Below are positions 1-10,132 of a stretch of DNA of 64,000 bases, in pieces. The translations under genes were made by a program, and so were the position numbers. The stretch comes from an uncultured Spirochaetota bacterium. GTDB lineage: Bacteria; Spirochaetota; Spirochaetia; SZUA-6; Fen-1364. Below the pieces are notes generated by a model, which was given only the letters and a program-made list of their open reading frames with translations, had not been told where the DNA came from and made no database searches. Position 1 is the first letter of the stretch. Every line of letters begins with the position of its first letter. The DNA lies in the NCBI GenBank assembly GCA_963781885.1, contig CAWAHW010000002.1:1088001-1152000 (forward strand). Reading direction: 5' to 3'.

Positions 1-124
1 GCGTGCCCTTGAGGGCCCGCGCCGCCTCCGCTCCCCTTGCTGCCGGGCCTTCCGAGAGGCTCCCCTGGGAGACGAGCCCCAGGGTCACGGATGCGGCGAG
101 GGCCAGGAATACAGGCGCTTTCAT
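1..124 (-). CDS. N-terminus of a probably exported protein, running off the window edge
   Basis: ATG at 124 reads MKAPVFLALAASVTLGLVSQG..., signal-peptide-like, directly after the CPBP stop at 127. Confidence 0.5.
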   Translation of the reverse strand, partial: MKAPVFLALAASVTLGLVSQGSLSEGPAARGAEAARALKGT

Positions 125-126
125 GA

Positions 127-830
127 TCAGAAGATATGTCCCTGGAAGGCCTGCGGCAATGCGCGCGGCAGAACGAGGCCCAGGAGAAGCACGAGCGTGT
201 TGTACAGCCCGTGCGCGAAAGCGATGACGTGCAGGTTTTTCAGTCGCAGGTAGACGAGGGCAAAGAGCACGCCGAGGCTTGCGGCGACGACAACCCCCAT
301 CACGCCTTCGTAGATATGACCGACGCAGAAGAGCGCCGTCGATGCCGCCACGGCGTACGGCACGGGAAAGTCCAGCTCGTCGAGGCGTTGGAGGAGGTAG
401 GCGCGAAAGAAAATTCTTCCCGGTAGCCGACGGTGAGACCGAAGACCAGCGCCAGCGGGAGCTGGGCAGGGCTTTGCAGGCCCCAGCGGAACCCGGTTCC
501 GAGATTCCGGCTCACCTCCGGAGGGAGGAGCAGGAGGAGGACGACGAACGGCGTCATGACGGCGAAGCAGCCGGCAATGAGGAGAAGGGTCCGCAGCACG
601 TCGCGCGCCTCCGGCCGGACGAATCCCCACCGCGCCCCCGCGCCCCTGCCGAACGCTCCCGCCACGTACGCCATCAGGAGTATCTGCGGCACGCCCGTGA
701 TGATCGTCTGGAGCAGCAGGGTCGTGGTCGCGGGGCCGAGCGGCGCGGCAAAGGCCTGCCCGATATAGCCGGGGAGAAAGAATGTAAGGAAAAGGAGGAG
801 AATCTCCCCGATGGCGCCGAACCGGCTCAT
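127..830 (-). CDS. CPBP (CAAX/Abi) family intramembrane glutamic endopeptidase, 1-nt frameshift near 412
   Basis: Joining ORFs 300..950 and 127..630 by adding one T to a T-run gives GYREEFFFRAY, with F..GH and HGLYN motifs and multiple TM helices. Confidence 0.85.
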
Positions 831-894
831 GGAACGCCCGACCGCATAATAGTATGGAAATATATGTGCTTTTTCACGATAATAACAGACGGGT

Positions 895-2052
895 ATGATA
901 CTCGTTGCCATTCTGCTCGCCATCGCGCTCATCGCCGTCCTCGCGATCATCCTCCTGCGGAGGGCAGGCGGCGGCAGATTCCCGTGGCTGCAGTTCTATC
1001 TGAAGGGCAGGGAAGCGGGCTTCATTTTCCGCGAGATCAATCTTCTCCGCAGGGTTGCCATCGAGGCGAAGCTGGAAAATCCCACGGCCCTTTTCTGGTC
1101 GATGAAGCAGCTCGACCGGGCCATCAAGGGCATCATCATCACCTACCGCGCGCGGTCCCAGGAGCAGGAGCCGGAATACAATCTCCTGCTCTCGAAGCTC
1201 TTCGAGCTGCGCAAGAGGGTGGAATTCGACCAGCCGAAATACAAGCTGGGAATCAAGAGCTCCCGCAAGCTCACGCCGAAGCAGCACCTGCGCATCACGC
1301 TCCCGGGTCTCGGTCCCTTCGGCGCGCTGATCGTCGAAAACCTCACCCGCTACATGGCCATCTCGCATCCCCAGGGGCCCAAGCTGCCCGACGGCTTCTC
1401 CTGGAAGAACCAGAAGATCGGCATCTACTTCTGGCGCGCGGAAGACGCGGGGTATTTCTTCCAGACGAAGGTCATGGAAGATTTCATCGACAAGAAGTAT
1501 CCCATCCTCCACGTCGCGCATTCCGACAACCTCATCCGCACGCAGAAGCGCAACTCCGTGCGCGTGGAAACGGACATGCCCGCGGAGCTTTTCCCGCTGA
1601 AATCGATCGACGCGGCGAACGAGATCCCCGAGGAAGCCCGCGGGTTGCGCTGCCGGCTCGCCGACGTCTCCGAAGGCGGTGCGGCGATCCTCATCGGGGG
1701 CAAGGCGCGGGTCGGTCTGCCGGTGAAGCTGCAGTTCTCCATCGCGGACAGCGTCGTCGTGATGTCGGGAATCGTGAAGGGGCTCAATTTCGACCAGAAG
1801 AAGAACCGCTCGCTGCTGCACATGCAGGCAACGCCGCCGAGCGTCACGATGCGCAACCGCATCCTCACGTACGTCTACAACCTGTTCGGCGAGCGGGAGA
1901 CGCTGCTGCCTGGACGCAAGCCCGATGCAGCGAAGGACAAGGCGCCGGATGGCATCATGCTGAAAGCCACGCCGCCGACGGCCCGGCCGGCAACCCGACT
2001 GGTCCATTGGCGCGGAGGCGCCGCGGTTGCCACGGACCGGCCCGCCATGTAG
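895..2052 (+). CDS. Membrane-anchored PilZ domain (YcgR-like) c-di-GMP receptor
   Basis: N-terminal TM helix; QKRNSVR (RxxxR) and DVSEGG (DxSxxG) PilZ motifs. Confidence 0.85.
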   Translation: MILVAILLAIALIAVLAIILLRRAGGGRFPWLQFYLKGREAGFIFREINLLRRVAIEAKLENPTALFWSMKQLDRAIKGIIITYRARSQEQEPEYNLLLSKLFELRKRVEFDQPKYKLGIKSSRKLTPKQHLRITLPGLGPFGALIVENLTRYMAISHPQGPKLPDGFSWKNQKIGIYFWRAEDAGYFFQTKVMEDFIDKKYPILHVAHSDNLIRTQKRNSVRVETDMPAELFPLKSIDAANEIPEEARGLRCRLADVSEGGAAILIGGKARVGLPVKLQFSIADSVVVMSGIVKGLNFDQKKNRSLLHMQATPPSVTMRNRILTYVYNLFGERETLLPGRKPDAAKDKAPDGIMLKATPPTARPATRLVHWRGGAAVATDRPAM

Positions 2053-2090
2053 TATGAGTGTATGAGAAACCCCCGCAGGAGGGAATGGGA

Positions 2091-3278
2091 ATGAGACGAT
2101 TGTTGTCCGTTGTGACCGTGTTGTGCGTGGCGGCGGTCGCCGTGCAGGCGCAGGATGCCGCGAAGATGCTCGACACTTTCCGCCGCAACTTCGCCATCGC
2201 CAGCCTCGACGTCAAGATCCAGATCCTGCAGGACGCCGCAAGCGGCAAGACGGCCGCCGCAATGGGACCGTTGTTCCAGCAGGCGGTGGATTTCGTGACG
2301 GACAATGCATCCCTCATCCCCACGGATGCCCGCTTCAACCAGCTCGCGGCGATCGGGGCCGAACAGATCGGCACCGTCGCCTACACGGCAGGCCGCGATT
2401 CCCTCTGGAAGCTTTTCTCCGTCACCACGGAGACGCAGACCCTTTCCAAGGCCGCAACCGCGCTCGGGATCGTCGGGGCAGGGGACGCCGGCACCGTTGC
2501 CGATCTCAACCAGTATGCCGACAGCCAGAACAGCATCTTCGCTTCCGGCAAGTCCCCGGATCTCGTCGTGCTGACGACCGTCTTCCAGGCCCTGGGAAAG
2601 CTGGGCGATCCGTCGTCCTTCCCCGTGCTTTTTGCCGCCATGAACCTCGGTTATTCGGACTCGGTCACCGGCATTGCGCGTTCGGCGCTGCTCTCCATCA
2701 AGGGTGATTTTGCCGCGATGCTGCAGGGCGTGGTGAAGGACCGGCCCGTCGCGGAGAAGAAGGTCGCGCTGCAAATGGCGCTGGACAGCGACAAGCTCAG
2801 CGACGACCAGAAGGCGGGAATTGCGGAGCTCGCCCTCGACATCGGCCTGCATTCCAGCGTCTCCGACGCCGCGAGCAAGGCGGCGCTCCGCGATCTGCGC
2901 TTCGCGGCCGCGGCGAGCCTGGGTGCGCGCAAGTGGTCGCATGCCACCAGTCTTCTCATCGAGCACCTCGACATGACCATCGGCGAGTTCGACAAGGGGC
3001 TCGTGGACCGCAACCATCTCCTGGACACCCTCAGCAACCTGGGCGCCATGAGCAGCCACGACGCGGCCGTACGGCTCACGCAGTACCTCGTTCTCCTGAA
3101 CTCCTATTCCGAGCAGGGCAAGACCTATGACGAGCTCGTGGTGAGCGCCGTGATCCAGAATCTTGCGGCGCTCGGCGACAAGGTCGCGTTCGACGACCTG
3201 ATGTACACCCAGTATCTCAACTACCCGTCCGCCGTGAAGAAGGCGGCCCGCGCCGCGCTGGACAAGCTGAAGTGGTGA
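2091..3278 (+). CDS. Exported HEAT-repeat protein
   Basis: Signal peptide ending AVQA; repeated ALGKLGD / LAALGD / AAASLG helical repeats; GGAGG RBS at 2078. Confidence 0.75.
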   Translation: MRRLLSVVTVLCVAAVAVQAQDAAKMLDTFRRNFAIASLDVKIQILQDAASGKTAAAMGPLFQQAVDFVTDNASLIPTDARFNQLAAIGAEQIGTVAYTAGRDSLWKLFSVTTETQTLSKAATALGIVGAGDAGTVADLNQYADSQNSIFASGKSPDLVVLTTVFQALGKLGDPSSFPVLFAAMNLGYSDSVTGIARSALLSIKGDFAAMLQGVVKDRPVAEKKVALQMALDSDKLSDDQKAGIAELALDIGLHSSVSDAASKAALRDLRFAAAASLGARKWSHATSLLIEHLDMTIGEFDKGLVDRNHLLDTLSNLGAMSSHDAAVRLTQYLVLLNSYSEQGKTYDELVVSAVIQNLAALGDKVAFDDLMYTQYLNYPSAVKKAARAALDKLKW

Positions 3279-3303
3279 CGCCGGGCATCTCGCCCGGACA
3301 CGC

Positions 3304-4824
3304 ATGATCCGCAGGCACGTCACCCCTGCGCTCCTGGTCTCTTTCTTTCTCCTCTGCGGCTGCCTGTTGCACCCCCTCCTGCGCAATGCGTGGTGGGCCG
3401 TTGCCGCGTGCGGCCTGGCATGCGCCGCGGCGGCCGTCCCGCTTCTCCATGCCGTATCCGGTGCAGGGTCCCGTGAGGACGGGCGGAGGCGCACGGGCAT
3501 GCTCGTGCTGAGCGCATCGATCGGCATCCTGTTTGGCGCGGCATCGATTGCCCGCATGGAAGGCTCGCTTCAAAGCGCATACCTCCCGGTCCTTCCCACG
3601 GCCGCGACGGAGTTCCGTGGCATGCTCACCCAGGACAGCAGCCTCTCGAGGAAAGGCGACACCGTCCTGCGCGTGTCTCTCTCGGAAGCCTCGTCGCGGC
3701 GGGAGGGCATCGGCGGCAGGGCGAGCGGCGCCGTGCTCGTGCTGGTCTCCGGAGACTATCGTTTTGCCCTGGGTGAGCTTGTTTCCTTCCAGGCGCCGCT
3801 CGCTCTCTCCACGGGCGAGGGAGGGGAGCGGTACGTAGCCTTTGTGGACCGGGGGCATGTGCGGTCGCTCGGCTATGCATTGCCTTTCTGGCAGACGCGC
3901 GCCCGGGCGCGGGAATGGCTGCACCGAACCGTGTCGATGGTCGGATATCCGTCGTCGGCGCTGCTTGAAGCACTCCTGATTGGAAGCCGCGAGGACGTTC
4001 CGGAAGAGCTCTATGCCGGGTTCCAGCGCACCGGCAGCCTGCACATACTCGCGCTGTCGGGCCTTCACGTCACCGTGATCTACGGCATCGTCATCGGGCT
4101 TTTGGCGTTTCTCCGCCGGCGCGGCCCTCGCTTTCTGCTGGCAACCATTGTGCTCCTTGGCTACCAGATCCTGGCCGGCTTCATGCCGTCGCTGCTGCGC
4201 GCCACGGTCATGATCGTCATCGGCGGCATCGCGTCCATGCTCGACCGTGACGCGGAGCCGCTCAACCTCCTTGCCCTTTCCTGCATCGTCATCCTGCTCA
4301 TCGATCCCTGGCAGGTCTTTTCATTGTCGTTCCAGCTTTCCTTTCTCGCGCTCGCGGGCATCCTTCTCATCGGCCCTCTCGTGCAGAGACCGCTGGAAGG
4401 CTTCGTGCCGCGATTCCTCCTCCTGCCTTTTGCGATGTCCGTCGGTGCGCAGGCTGCGACGCTTCCCCTCATCATCGGGCAGTTCGGCGTGTACTACCCT
4501 TCGGGTCTCATTGCGGGCCTGCTGCTCGTGCCGCTGACGACAGCCTTTCTCTGGGCAGGCCTTGCCTGGCTGCCTCTCTCGGTCATTCCGTGGCCTTTTC
4601 TGCATGCGCTTGTCTCCCGGCTTTTCTCGATTCTCTACGCGCTCGTGGACGCCTGCGCGGGCATGTTTGCGAAGCTTCCCGGAGTGACCGTGGACGGACC
4701 GGCACGGACGATCGCGGTTGGCGGCACGGCAGCGCTTTTTCTTTTTCTGCTCGCTGCCCTTCCTTTCCCGCGCCAGTCCGGAAGCCTCGATCGGCGTCAC
4801 ATCGCCGGTCCGAAAACTGCATGA
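3304..4824 (+). CDS. comEC: ComEC/Rec2 family competence protein
   Basis: G..HILALSGLHV, PS..RA and SFQLSF motifs; many TM helices. Confidence 0.9.
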   Translation: MIRRHVTPALLVSFFLLCGCLLHPLLRNAWWAVAACGLACAAAAVPLLHAVSGAGSREDGRRRTGMLVLSASIGILFGAASIARMEGSLQSAYLPVLPTAATEFRGMLTQDSSLSRKGDTVLRVSLSEASSRREGIGGRASGAVLVLVSGDYRFALGELVSFQAPLALSTGEGGERYVAFVDRGHVRSLGYALPFWQTRARAREWLHRTVSMVGYPSSALLEALLIGSREDVPEELYAGFQRTGSLHILALSGLHVTVIYGIVIGLLAFLRRRGPRFLLATIVLLGYQILAGFMPSLLRATVMIVIGGIASMLDRDAEPLNLLALSCIVILLIDPWQVFSLSFQLSFLALAGILLIGPLVQRPLEGFVPRFLLLPFAMSVGAQAATLPLIIGQFGVYYPSGLIAGLLLVPLTTAFLWAGLAWLPLSVIPWPFLHALVSRLFSILYALVDACAGMFAKLPGVTVDGPARTIAVGGTAALFLFLLAALPFPRQSGSLDRRHIAGPKTA

Positions 4825-5673
4825 ATCACGATTCTCCGAGCGACATCCGCATCCTGCTCCAGGAGCGCGGCCTCGCGCTGAAGAAGCGCTGGGGCCAGAA
4901 TTTCCTGGTCAACCGGGGCGCCCGCGAGCGGCTGCTGATGCTTCTCGATCCCGGGGCCGGCGAAACGATCTGGGAAATCGGGCCGGGGCTGGGCGCCATG
5001 ACTGCGGAGCTGCTTGAACGGGCGCGGCTCGTGGTAGCCTTCGAGGTGGACCGCGGGTTGTGCCGGTTTCTGGAGGAAAGCTTCAGCCACCGTCCTTCAT
5101 TCATCCTCGTGCCGGGAGATTTTCTCCAGACGTGGAGAGTGACGGCATCCGCGCGCAGTCTGCCGGACCGCGTCATCGGCAATCTCCCGTACAGCTCCGC
5201 ATCGATCATGATCGCCGCGCTGATCGAAGGGAGCGTGCGTCCCCGCACGATGATATTCACCGTGCAGCGGGAGCTGGCCGAGCGCATGGCGTCGCCGCCC
5301 GGGCGCAAGAGCTATTCCTCTTTCTCCGTGCTCTGCCAGGCAAGCTGCCGCGTGCTGCATCGCGGTGACCTGAAGCCCGGCAGCTTCTACCCCGCGCCCG
5401 ACGTCGTGTCGTCCGTCGTTGAATTGCAGCCGCGGCACGGATGCCGCAACTGGGGATACCCTGGCGCTCCTGTCCAGCCTGGTCCGCGGCCTTTTTGCAT
5501 CCCGGAGAAAAACAATCCGAAACAATCTGGCGGTCTGCAAGCTGCCGGAGGCTGTTTCCATCCCGGCGGTGCTGAAAGAGATGGAAGCGGTCGGCATCGA
5601 TCCTGCCGCGCGCGCCGAGCAGATTGGGGCCGACGATTTCCTGGCGCTGGCGCGCCGCCTTACAGGATCTTGA
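4821..5673 (+). CDS. rsmA: 16S rRNA m6,2A dimethyltransferase, frameshift near 5435
   Basis: KKRWGQNFL, EIGPGLG, GNLPY and F.PAPDV motifs; C-terminus FASRRKTIRNNL...RAEQI lies in ORF 5419..5673. Confidence 0.92.
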
Positions 5674-6538
5674 GCTCCTTCAAGGTCGTCTGGAGCTGAT
5701 CCCGGTTCTTCGGAGCCAGGGGGCACATCGGCAGCCTGTAGGATTCCGTCATCAGGCCCTTCATGGCCATGGCGGCCTTGATGGGAATGGGATTGGTCTC
5801 GATGAAGAGCGCCTTGAACAGAGGCAGGAGCTCGTAGTGGAGCCTGCGCGCCGTGCTCCAGTCACCCTTGAGCGCGGCGGTCACGAGCTTCACCATGGGT
5901 CCGGGCACGAGGTTGCTTGCCACGGAAATGACGCCCGTGCCGCCGAGGGCCATGATGGGAAAAACGAGGTTGTCGTCGCCGGACAGCACGCTGAAACCCG
6001 ACGGCTTTTTCGCAATCAGCTCCATGACCTGGCCGATGTCGCCGCTCGCCTCTTTCACGGCCGTGATGTTGCGGTGACCCGCGAGCTCGAGCATGGTGGC
6101 GTTGTCGATGTTCTTGCCCGTGCGGCTTGCAATGTTGTACACGACGATGGGGAGGTCCACCGCGTCCGCGATGGCGCGGAAATGCCCGATGAAGCCTGCG
6201 TTGGTAGGCTTGTTGTAGTACGGGGCGACCTGCAAGGTGGCGCTGGCCCCGACCTCTTTCGCGTCCCGCGCGTAGTGTATTGCCTCGGCGGTGCTGTTGG
6301 AGCCGGCCCCCGCGATGATCGGCACCCGGCCGCGCGCCTGCTCCACGACGATCCGGATCACCTCCCGGCATTCGTCGCCGTCCAGCGTGGGGCTCTCACC
6401 GGTGGTTCCCACGGGGACCAGCCCGGCGATTCCCGCCTCCACCTGCATGTCGACGATGCGGCGTAGCGCCTTCTCATCCACCGCGCCGTCTTTCGTCATC
6501 GGCGTCACGAGCGCGGTATAGACACCCTCCAGCGTCAT
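5660..6538 (-). CDS. dapA: 4-hydroxy-tetrahydrodipicolinate synthase
   Basis: GTTGES, PYYNKP, YNIASRTG, VKEASG and ETNPIPIK motifs. Confidence 0.96.
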   Translation of the reverse strand: MTLEGVYTALVTPMTKDGAVDEKALRRIVDMQVEAGIAGLVPVGTTGESPTLDGDECREVIRIVVEQARGRVPIIAGAGSNSTAEAIHYARDAKEVGASATLQVAPYYNKPTNAGFIGHFRAIADAVDLPIVVYNIASRTGKNIDNATMLELAGHRNITAVKEASGDIGQVMELIAKKPSGFSVLSGDDNLVFPIMALGGTGVISVASNLVPGPMVKLVTAALKGDWSTARRLHYELLPLFKALFIETNPIPIKAAMAMKGLMTESYRLPMCPLAPKNRDQLQTTLKELKIL

Positions 6539-7317
6539 TGTGCTCTCCTCGATGCGGCGGATCCCACGCCGCTGCCCAGCAGCTCCCCGATGAAATCGTT
6601 GACCTCGAAGAATCCCTTCCTCCCGGCAAGCCATTCCGCCGCGCGGACGGCGCCGAGTGCCATGCCTCCCCGATTCCGCGCGCGGTGCGTCAGCTCGATC
6701 GTATCGAATGCCGAATCCAGAAGGACGGTGTGCGTCCCGGGTACCTCGCCGCCCCGCACTGAGGCGAAGTGCATCTCATCCGCCGCCGGGGCGCGGTCGA
6801 GCCGCTCCGTGACGAGCTTCTTTTTCCGCTCGCTCTTGCCCGTCACGATCCTCGCAAGCGTGAGTGCCGTTCCGGAGGGGCTGTCCTTCTTTCGCTTGTG
6901 GTGGACTTCCCACCCCATGATGTCGTACTCGGGGCAGGGGTTGGACAGTTCCGTGGCTGCCGCGACAAGCGCAAAGAAGAGGTGCGCGCCTATGGAGAAG
7001 TTGCTGCCGTACAGGAAGCCGATCGATGAGCCCTCCACGACGCGCCGCATCTCCTCCAGCTTCCCGTACCAGCCCGTGGTGCCGACCACGACGCTGAGCC
7101 CGAGGCGCGCGCAGGCGCCCACGTTGCCCATCACGGCATCCGCGTGGGAGAACTCGATGGCCATGTCGGAGGCGCGCGCCGCCTTTTCACTGAGGGACGT
7201 TGCATCCGCTTCCTTCTGGACAGGGTCGATGCGCGCGGACACGGTGTGGCCCCTCTGGACCGCCACCTTCTCCACCTCGCGTCCCATGCTCCCGTAGCCG
7301 ATCAGAGCGATTCTCAT
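6535..7317 (-). CDS. dapB: 4-hydroxy-tetrahydrodipicolinate reductase
   Basis: GYGSMG, GTTG, NFSIG and EVHHKRKKDSPSGTA motifs. Confidence 0.96.
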   Translation of the reverse strand: MRIALIGYGSMGREVEKVAVQRGHTVSARIDPVQKEADATSLSEKAARASDMAIEFSHADAVMGNVGACARLGLSVVVGTTGWYGKLEEMRRVVEGSSIGFLYGSNFSIGAHLFFALVAAATELSNPCPEYDIMGWEVHHKRKKDSPSGTALTLARIVTGKSERKKKLVTERLDRAPAADEMHFASVRGGEVPGTHTVLLDSAFDTIELTHRARNRGGMALGAVRAAEWLAGRKGFFEVNDFIGELLGSGVGSAASRRAQ

Positions 7318-7432
7318 GGTGGCTGTACTGTAATTCCGCCGAAGCGCGAGATCAAGTATTTTTTTGCAGTCGATGCATGGACTTGCAGAAGCGAAGCGCC
7401 CGCGCGGCCTTCTGCCGCGCAGGCGCCTGCGC

Positions 7433-8437
7433 CTATTTCGGCAACGACTGGTTGAGGGTCACCACGGACGTGTTCACGATATCGTCCACGGAGCAGCCGC
7501 GTGAAAGGTCGCTCACCGGCTTCGCGAACCCCTGCAGGAAAGGCCCGTACGCTTCCGCCTTGGCGAAACGCTGCACGAGCTTGTACCCGATGTTCCCGCT
7601 TTGCAGGTCGGGGAAGATGAGAGTATTGGCCTTGCCGGCAACCGCGGACCCCGGCGCCTTCTTGGCGGCAACCGATGCCACGAGCGCCGCGTCCGCCTGC
7701 ATCTCGCCGTCCGCGAGCAGCTTCGGGTTCCTTTCGTGGATGATCTTCACCGCGTTCGCCACCTTGTCGACCAGCGGATGGCTCGCGCTGCCCTTTGTGG
7801 AGAATGACAGCATGGCAACGAGCGGCTCTGCCTTCAGGAATATGCGGCAGGATTCCGCCGATGACAGGGCGATGTCGGCAAGCTGCTCGGCCGTGGGATC
7901 CGGCACCACCGCGCAGTCGGCAAAGATGAGGTGCCCGTCCACGCCCCAGGACGTGCCCGGCAGCCACATGACGAAGCATGACGACGCTGTTTTGATGCCC
8001 GGCGCCGTCTTCACGATGGTGAGCGCGGCACGGAGGACTTTTGCCGTCTCACTGTCCGCGCCCGAGACCATTGCATCGGCCCGTCCCTTGCGCATCATCA
8101 TGGCGCCCCAGTGCTGGGTATCGGCCATGAATGTCTTTTCCGCGTCTTCGCGGCTTATGCCTTTGCTCTTGCGAAGCTCGAAGTAATCGTCAACGTAGTC
8201 CTTCCTGAAAGAGGACGTTGCCGGCTCTTCAACTTTCAGTCCGGAAAGGCTCACGCCCTGTTTCTTCGCCTCCGCCTCGATCTGGGAAATGGTGCCAAGA
8301 AGTGTCACTTCGCTTGCGAAACCCATGTCGAGGATGATGCGCCCGGCTTTGAGCGTGCGCGCCTCGTAGCCTTCGGGAAGGACGAGCTTCCGGGGGTTGG
8401 CCTTGGCCTTTGCGCGCATCTCTTCTATGAATTGCAT
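7433..8437 (-). CDS. pta: Phosphate acetyltransferase
   Basis: [36 protein letters not shown] and DLSRGCS motifs. Confidence 0.96.
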   Translation of the reverse strand: MQFIEEMRAKAKANPRKLVLPEGYEARTLKAGRIILDMGFASEVTLLGTISQIEAEAKKQGVSLSGLKVEEPATSSFRKDYVDDYFELRKSKGISREDAEKTFMADTQHWGAMMMRKGRADAMVSGADSETAKVLRAALTIVKTAPGIKTASSCFVMWLPGTSWGVDGHLIFADCAVVPDPTAEQLADIALSSAESCRIFLKAEPLVAMLSFSTKGSASHPLVDKVANAVKIIHERNPKLLADGEMQADAALVASVAAKKAPGSAVAGKANTLIFPDLQSGNIGYKLVQRFAKAEAYGPFLQGFAKPVSDLSRGCSVDDIVNTSVVTLNQSLPK

Positions 8438-8543
8438 TGTCGTGCTCCTTTGTCGGTGGGGTCAGGGGATGAATGCGTCCCTTGAGTATAGCTTTTTGCG
8501 CGGAAACTGCAATAATCGCGGCAGCGGAAGGAGATTCGCGCTC

Positions 8544-9266
8544 ATGACAGTCGGCGTTTACGGCCTCGGCCGTTTCGGATCCTTCTGGGCGGAGCTGCTC
8601 GCCCGTTCCCTTCCCGTGTGCGCATACTCGCGCGCGGCGGACCGGCCGACGCCCCCGGGGGTCCGGCGCGTGGGGGAGGACGAAGTGCTGTCGCAGCCGG
8701 TCATCTTCCTCTGTGTCGCAATATCCGCCGTGGAGGAAGTGCTCGAACGCGCGCGGATCCGCATCGCGCCCCATGCCCTGGTCATGGACACCTGCTCCGT
8801 GAAAACCTACCCGGTGTCTCTCATGGAAAAGCTCCTGCCCGCTTCTAACTCCCTCATGGGGACGCACCCGATGTTCGGTCCCGACTCCGGCCGCAACGGC
8901 GTTGCCGGGCTGCCCATGATCCTCTGCCCCGTGCGCATCGGCGCGCGTGAGGTGGAAACGTGGCGGGAGCTTTTCGCGTCCCTCGGCCTTGCGATCTCCA
9001 TCATGACCCCCGACGAGCACGATCGGGAGGCTGCCTTCACACAGGGCGTCGCCCACTGCGTCGGCAGGGTGCTCTCGGACCTCGGCGTGCAGCGCTCCCC
9101 GATCGGTACGGTGGGATACCGCAAGCTCCTGGAGATCGTCGAGCAGACCTGCAACGATCCCTGGCAGCTGTTCCTCGATCTCCAGCGCTACAATCCCTAT
9201 ACGCGGGAGATGCGGGTCAGGCTGGAGAAGTCGATCAGGTCCGTCATGGCGGCCATCGACGGGTGA
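8544..9266 (+). CDS. tyrA: Prephenate/arogenate dehydrogenase
   Basis: GLGRFG Rossmann motif, D.CSVK, THPMFGP, EHD...A.TQ. Confidence 0.88.
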   Translation: MTVGVYGLGRFGSFWAELLARSLPVCAYSRAADRPTPPGVRRVGEDEVLSQPVIFLCVAISAVEEVLERARIRIAPHALVMDTCSVKTYPVSLMEKLLPASNSLMGTHPMFGPDSGRNGVAGLPMILCPVRIGAREVETWRELFASLGLAISIMTPDEHDREAAFTQGVAHCVGRVLSDLGVQRSPIGTVGYRKLLEIVEQTCNDPWQLFLDLQRYNPYTREMRVRLEKSIRSVMAAIDG

Positions 9267-9455
9267 TGGCGGCGAATGCCATGGAGTACCGTGGCGGCAA
9301 ATGCCACGGAGTACCGTGGCGGCGAATGCCACGGGGTACCGTGGCGGCGAATGCCGCGGGGTACCGTGGCGGCGAATGCCGCGGGGTACCGTGGCGGCGA
9401 ATGCCACGGGGTACCGTGGCGGCGAATGCCACGGGGTACCGTGGCGGCGAATGCC
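9266..9455. repeat. Tandem array of a 25-bp unit GTGGCGGCGAATGCC(A/G)CGG(G/A)GTACC, 7 full copies plus a 15-bp partial
   Basis: Units start at 9266, 9291, 9316, 9341, 9366, 9391, 9416 and 9441; no spacers. Confidence 0.95.
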
Positions 9456-9460
9456 CCATG

Positions 9461-9489
9461 TTGACATCTCCGGCGGGTGCAGATAGGCT
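9461..9489 (+). promoter_or_regulatory. Sigma70-type promoter of the bactofilin operon
   Basis: TTGACA-17 bp-TAGGCT upstream of a GAGGGAG RBS. Confidence 0.6.
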
Positions 9490-9523
9490 AGCAGCCTGAC
9501 CATACCGATGAGGGAGCGCAAGA

Positions 9524-10132
9524 ATGGCTGAGGTACGAATCAAGGACATCGACGAGCACGAGATCGACACGATCCTGGCCGAAGACATCGATTTCGAGGG
9601 GCATCTCACATTCAAGAAGCCGCTCATGATCAAGGGAAAGTTCAAGGGTGAGATCAAGTCCAGCAGCTCCCTGTACATCGGGGAGAAAGCGTACGTCGAA
9701 GCCACCACGGAGGCAGGCATCATTTCCTCCAAGGGGCGGCACAAGGGCGACATCCAGGGCCATTCGCGCGTCGAGCTTTTCTCCACGGCGCAGGTGGACG
9801 GCGACATCACGACGCCCGATTTCATCATGGAAAGCGGCTGCAAGTTCAACGGATTTTGCAATATGACCGGGGCGCCGCACGCCAGCGCCGGAAAGAACGC
9901 CGCGGCGGGGCAGACGCAGCCCGCGGCGGCTGTGCCCACGGGGCAGGCGGCCGTGCAGAATCACCAGGCCGTTCCGCAGCGCGCGGCGCCGGCCGCTGCG
10001 TCCCAGCCCCCGAGCCCGCCGCAGGGTCAGCCCGCGTCAGCCCCGGCTCCGCAGGGCCCGCAAACCTCGCAGGGCCAGCAGGCCCCGCTCAATCAACAGA
10101 AGCCGCAGGGTCAGGGAGGCGGGCAGAGATGA
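9524..10132 (+). CDS. Bactofilin (polymer-forming cytoskeletal protein) with long P/Q/A-rich tail
   Basis: DTILAEDIDFEGHL..IKGKFKGEI..VDGDITT..MESGCKFNGFC beta-helix signature. Confidence 0.88.
   Translation: MAEVRIKDIDEHEIDTILAEDIDFEGHLTFKKPLMIKGKFKGEIKSSSSLYIGEKAYVEATTEAGIISSKGRHKGDIQGHSRVELFSTAQVDGDITTPDFIMESGCKFNGFCNMTGAPHASAGKNAAAGQTQPAAAVPTGQAAVQNHQAVPQRAAPAAASQPPSPPQGQPASAPAPQGPQTSQGQQAPLNQQKPQGQGGGQR

Noticed and set aside
9266-9455. CRISPR array, or the short repeat-peptide ORFs over the 25-bp repeat
   Set aside because: Units are contiguous with no unique spacers and there are no cas genes in the window; the 25-nt period makes the ORFs artefacts
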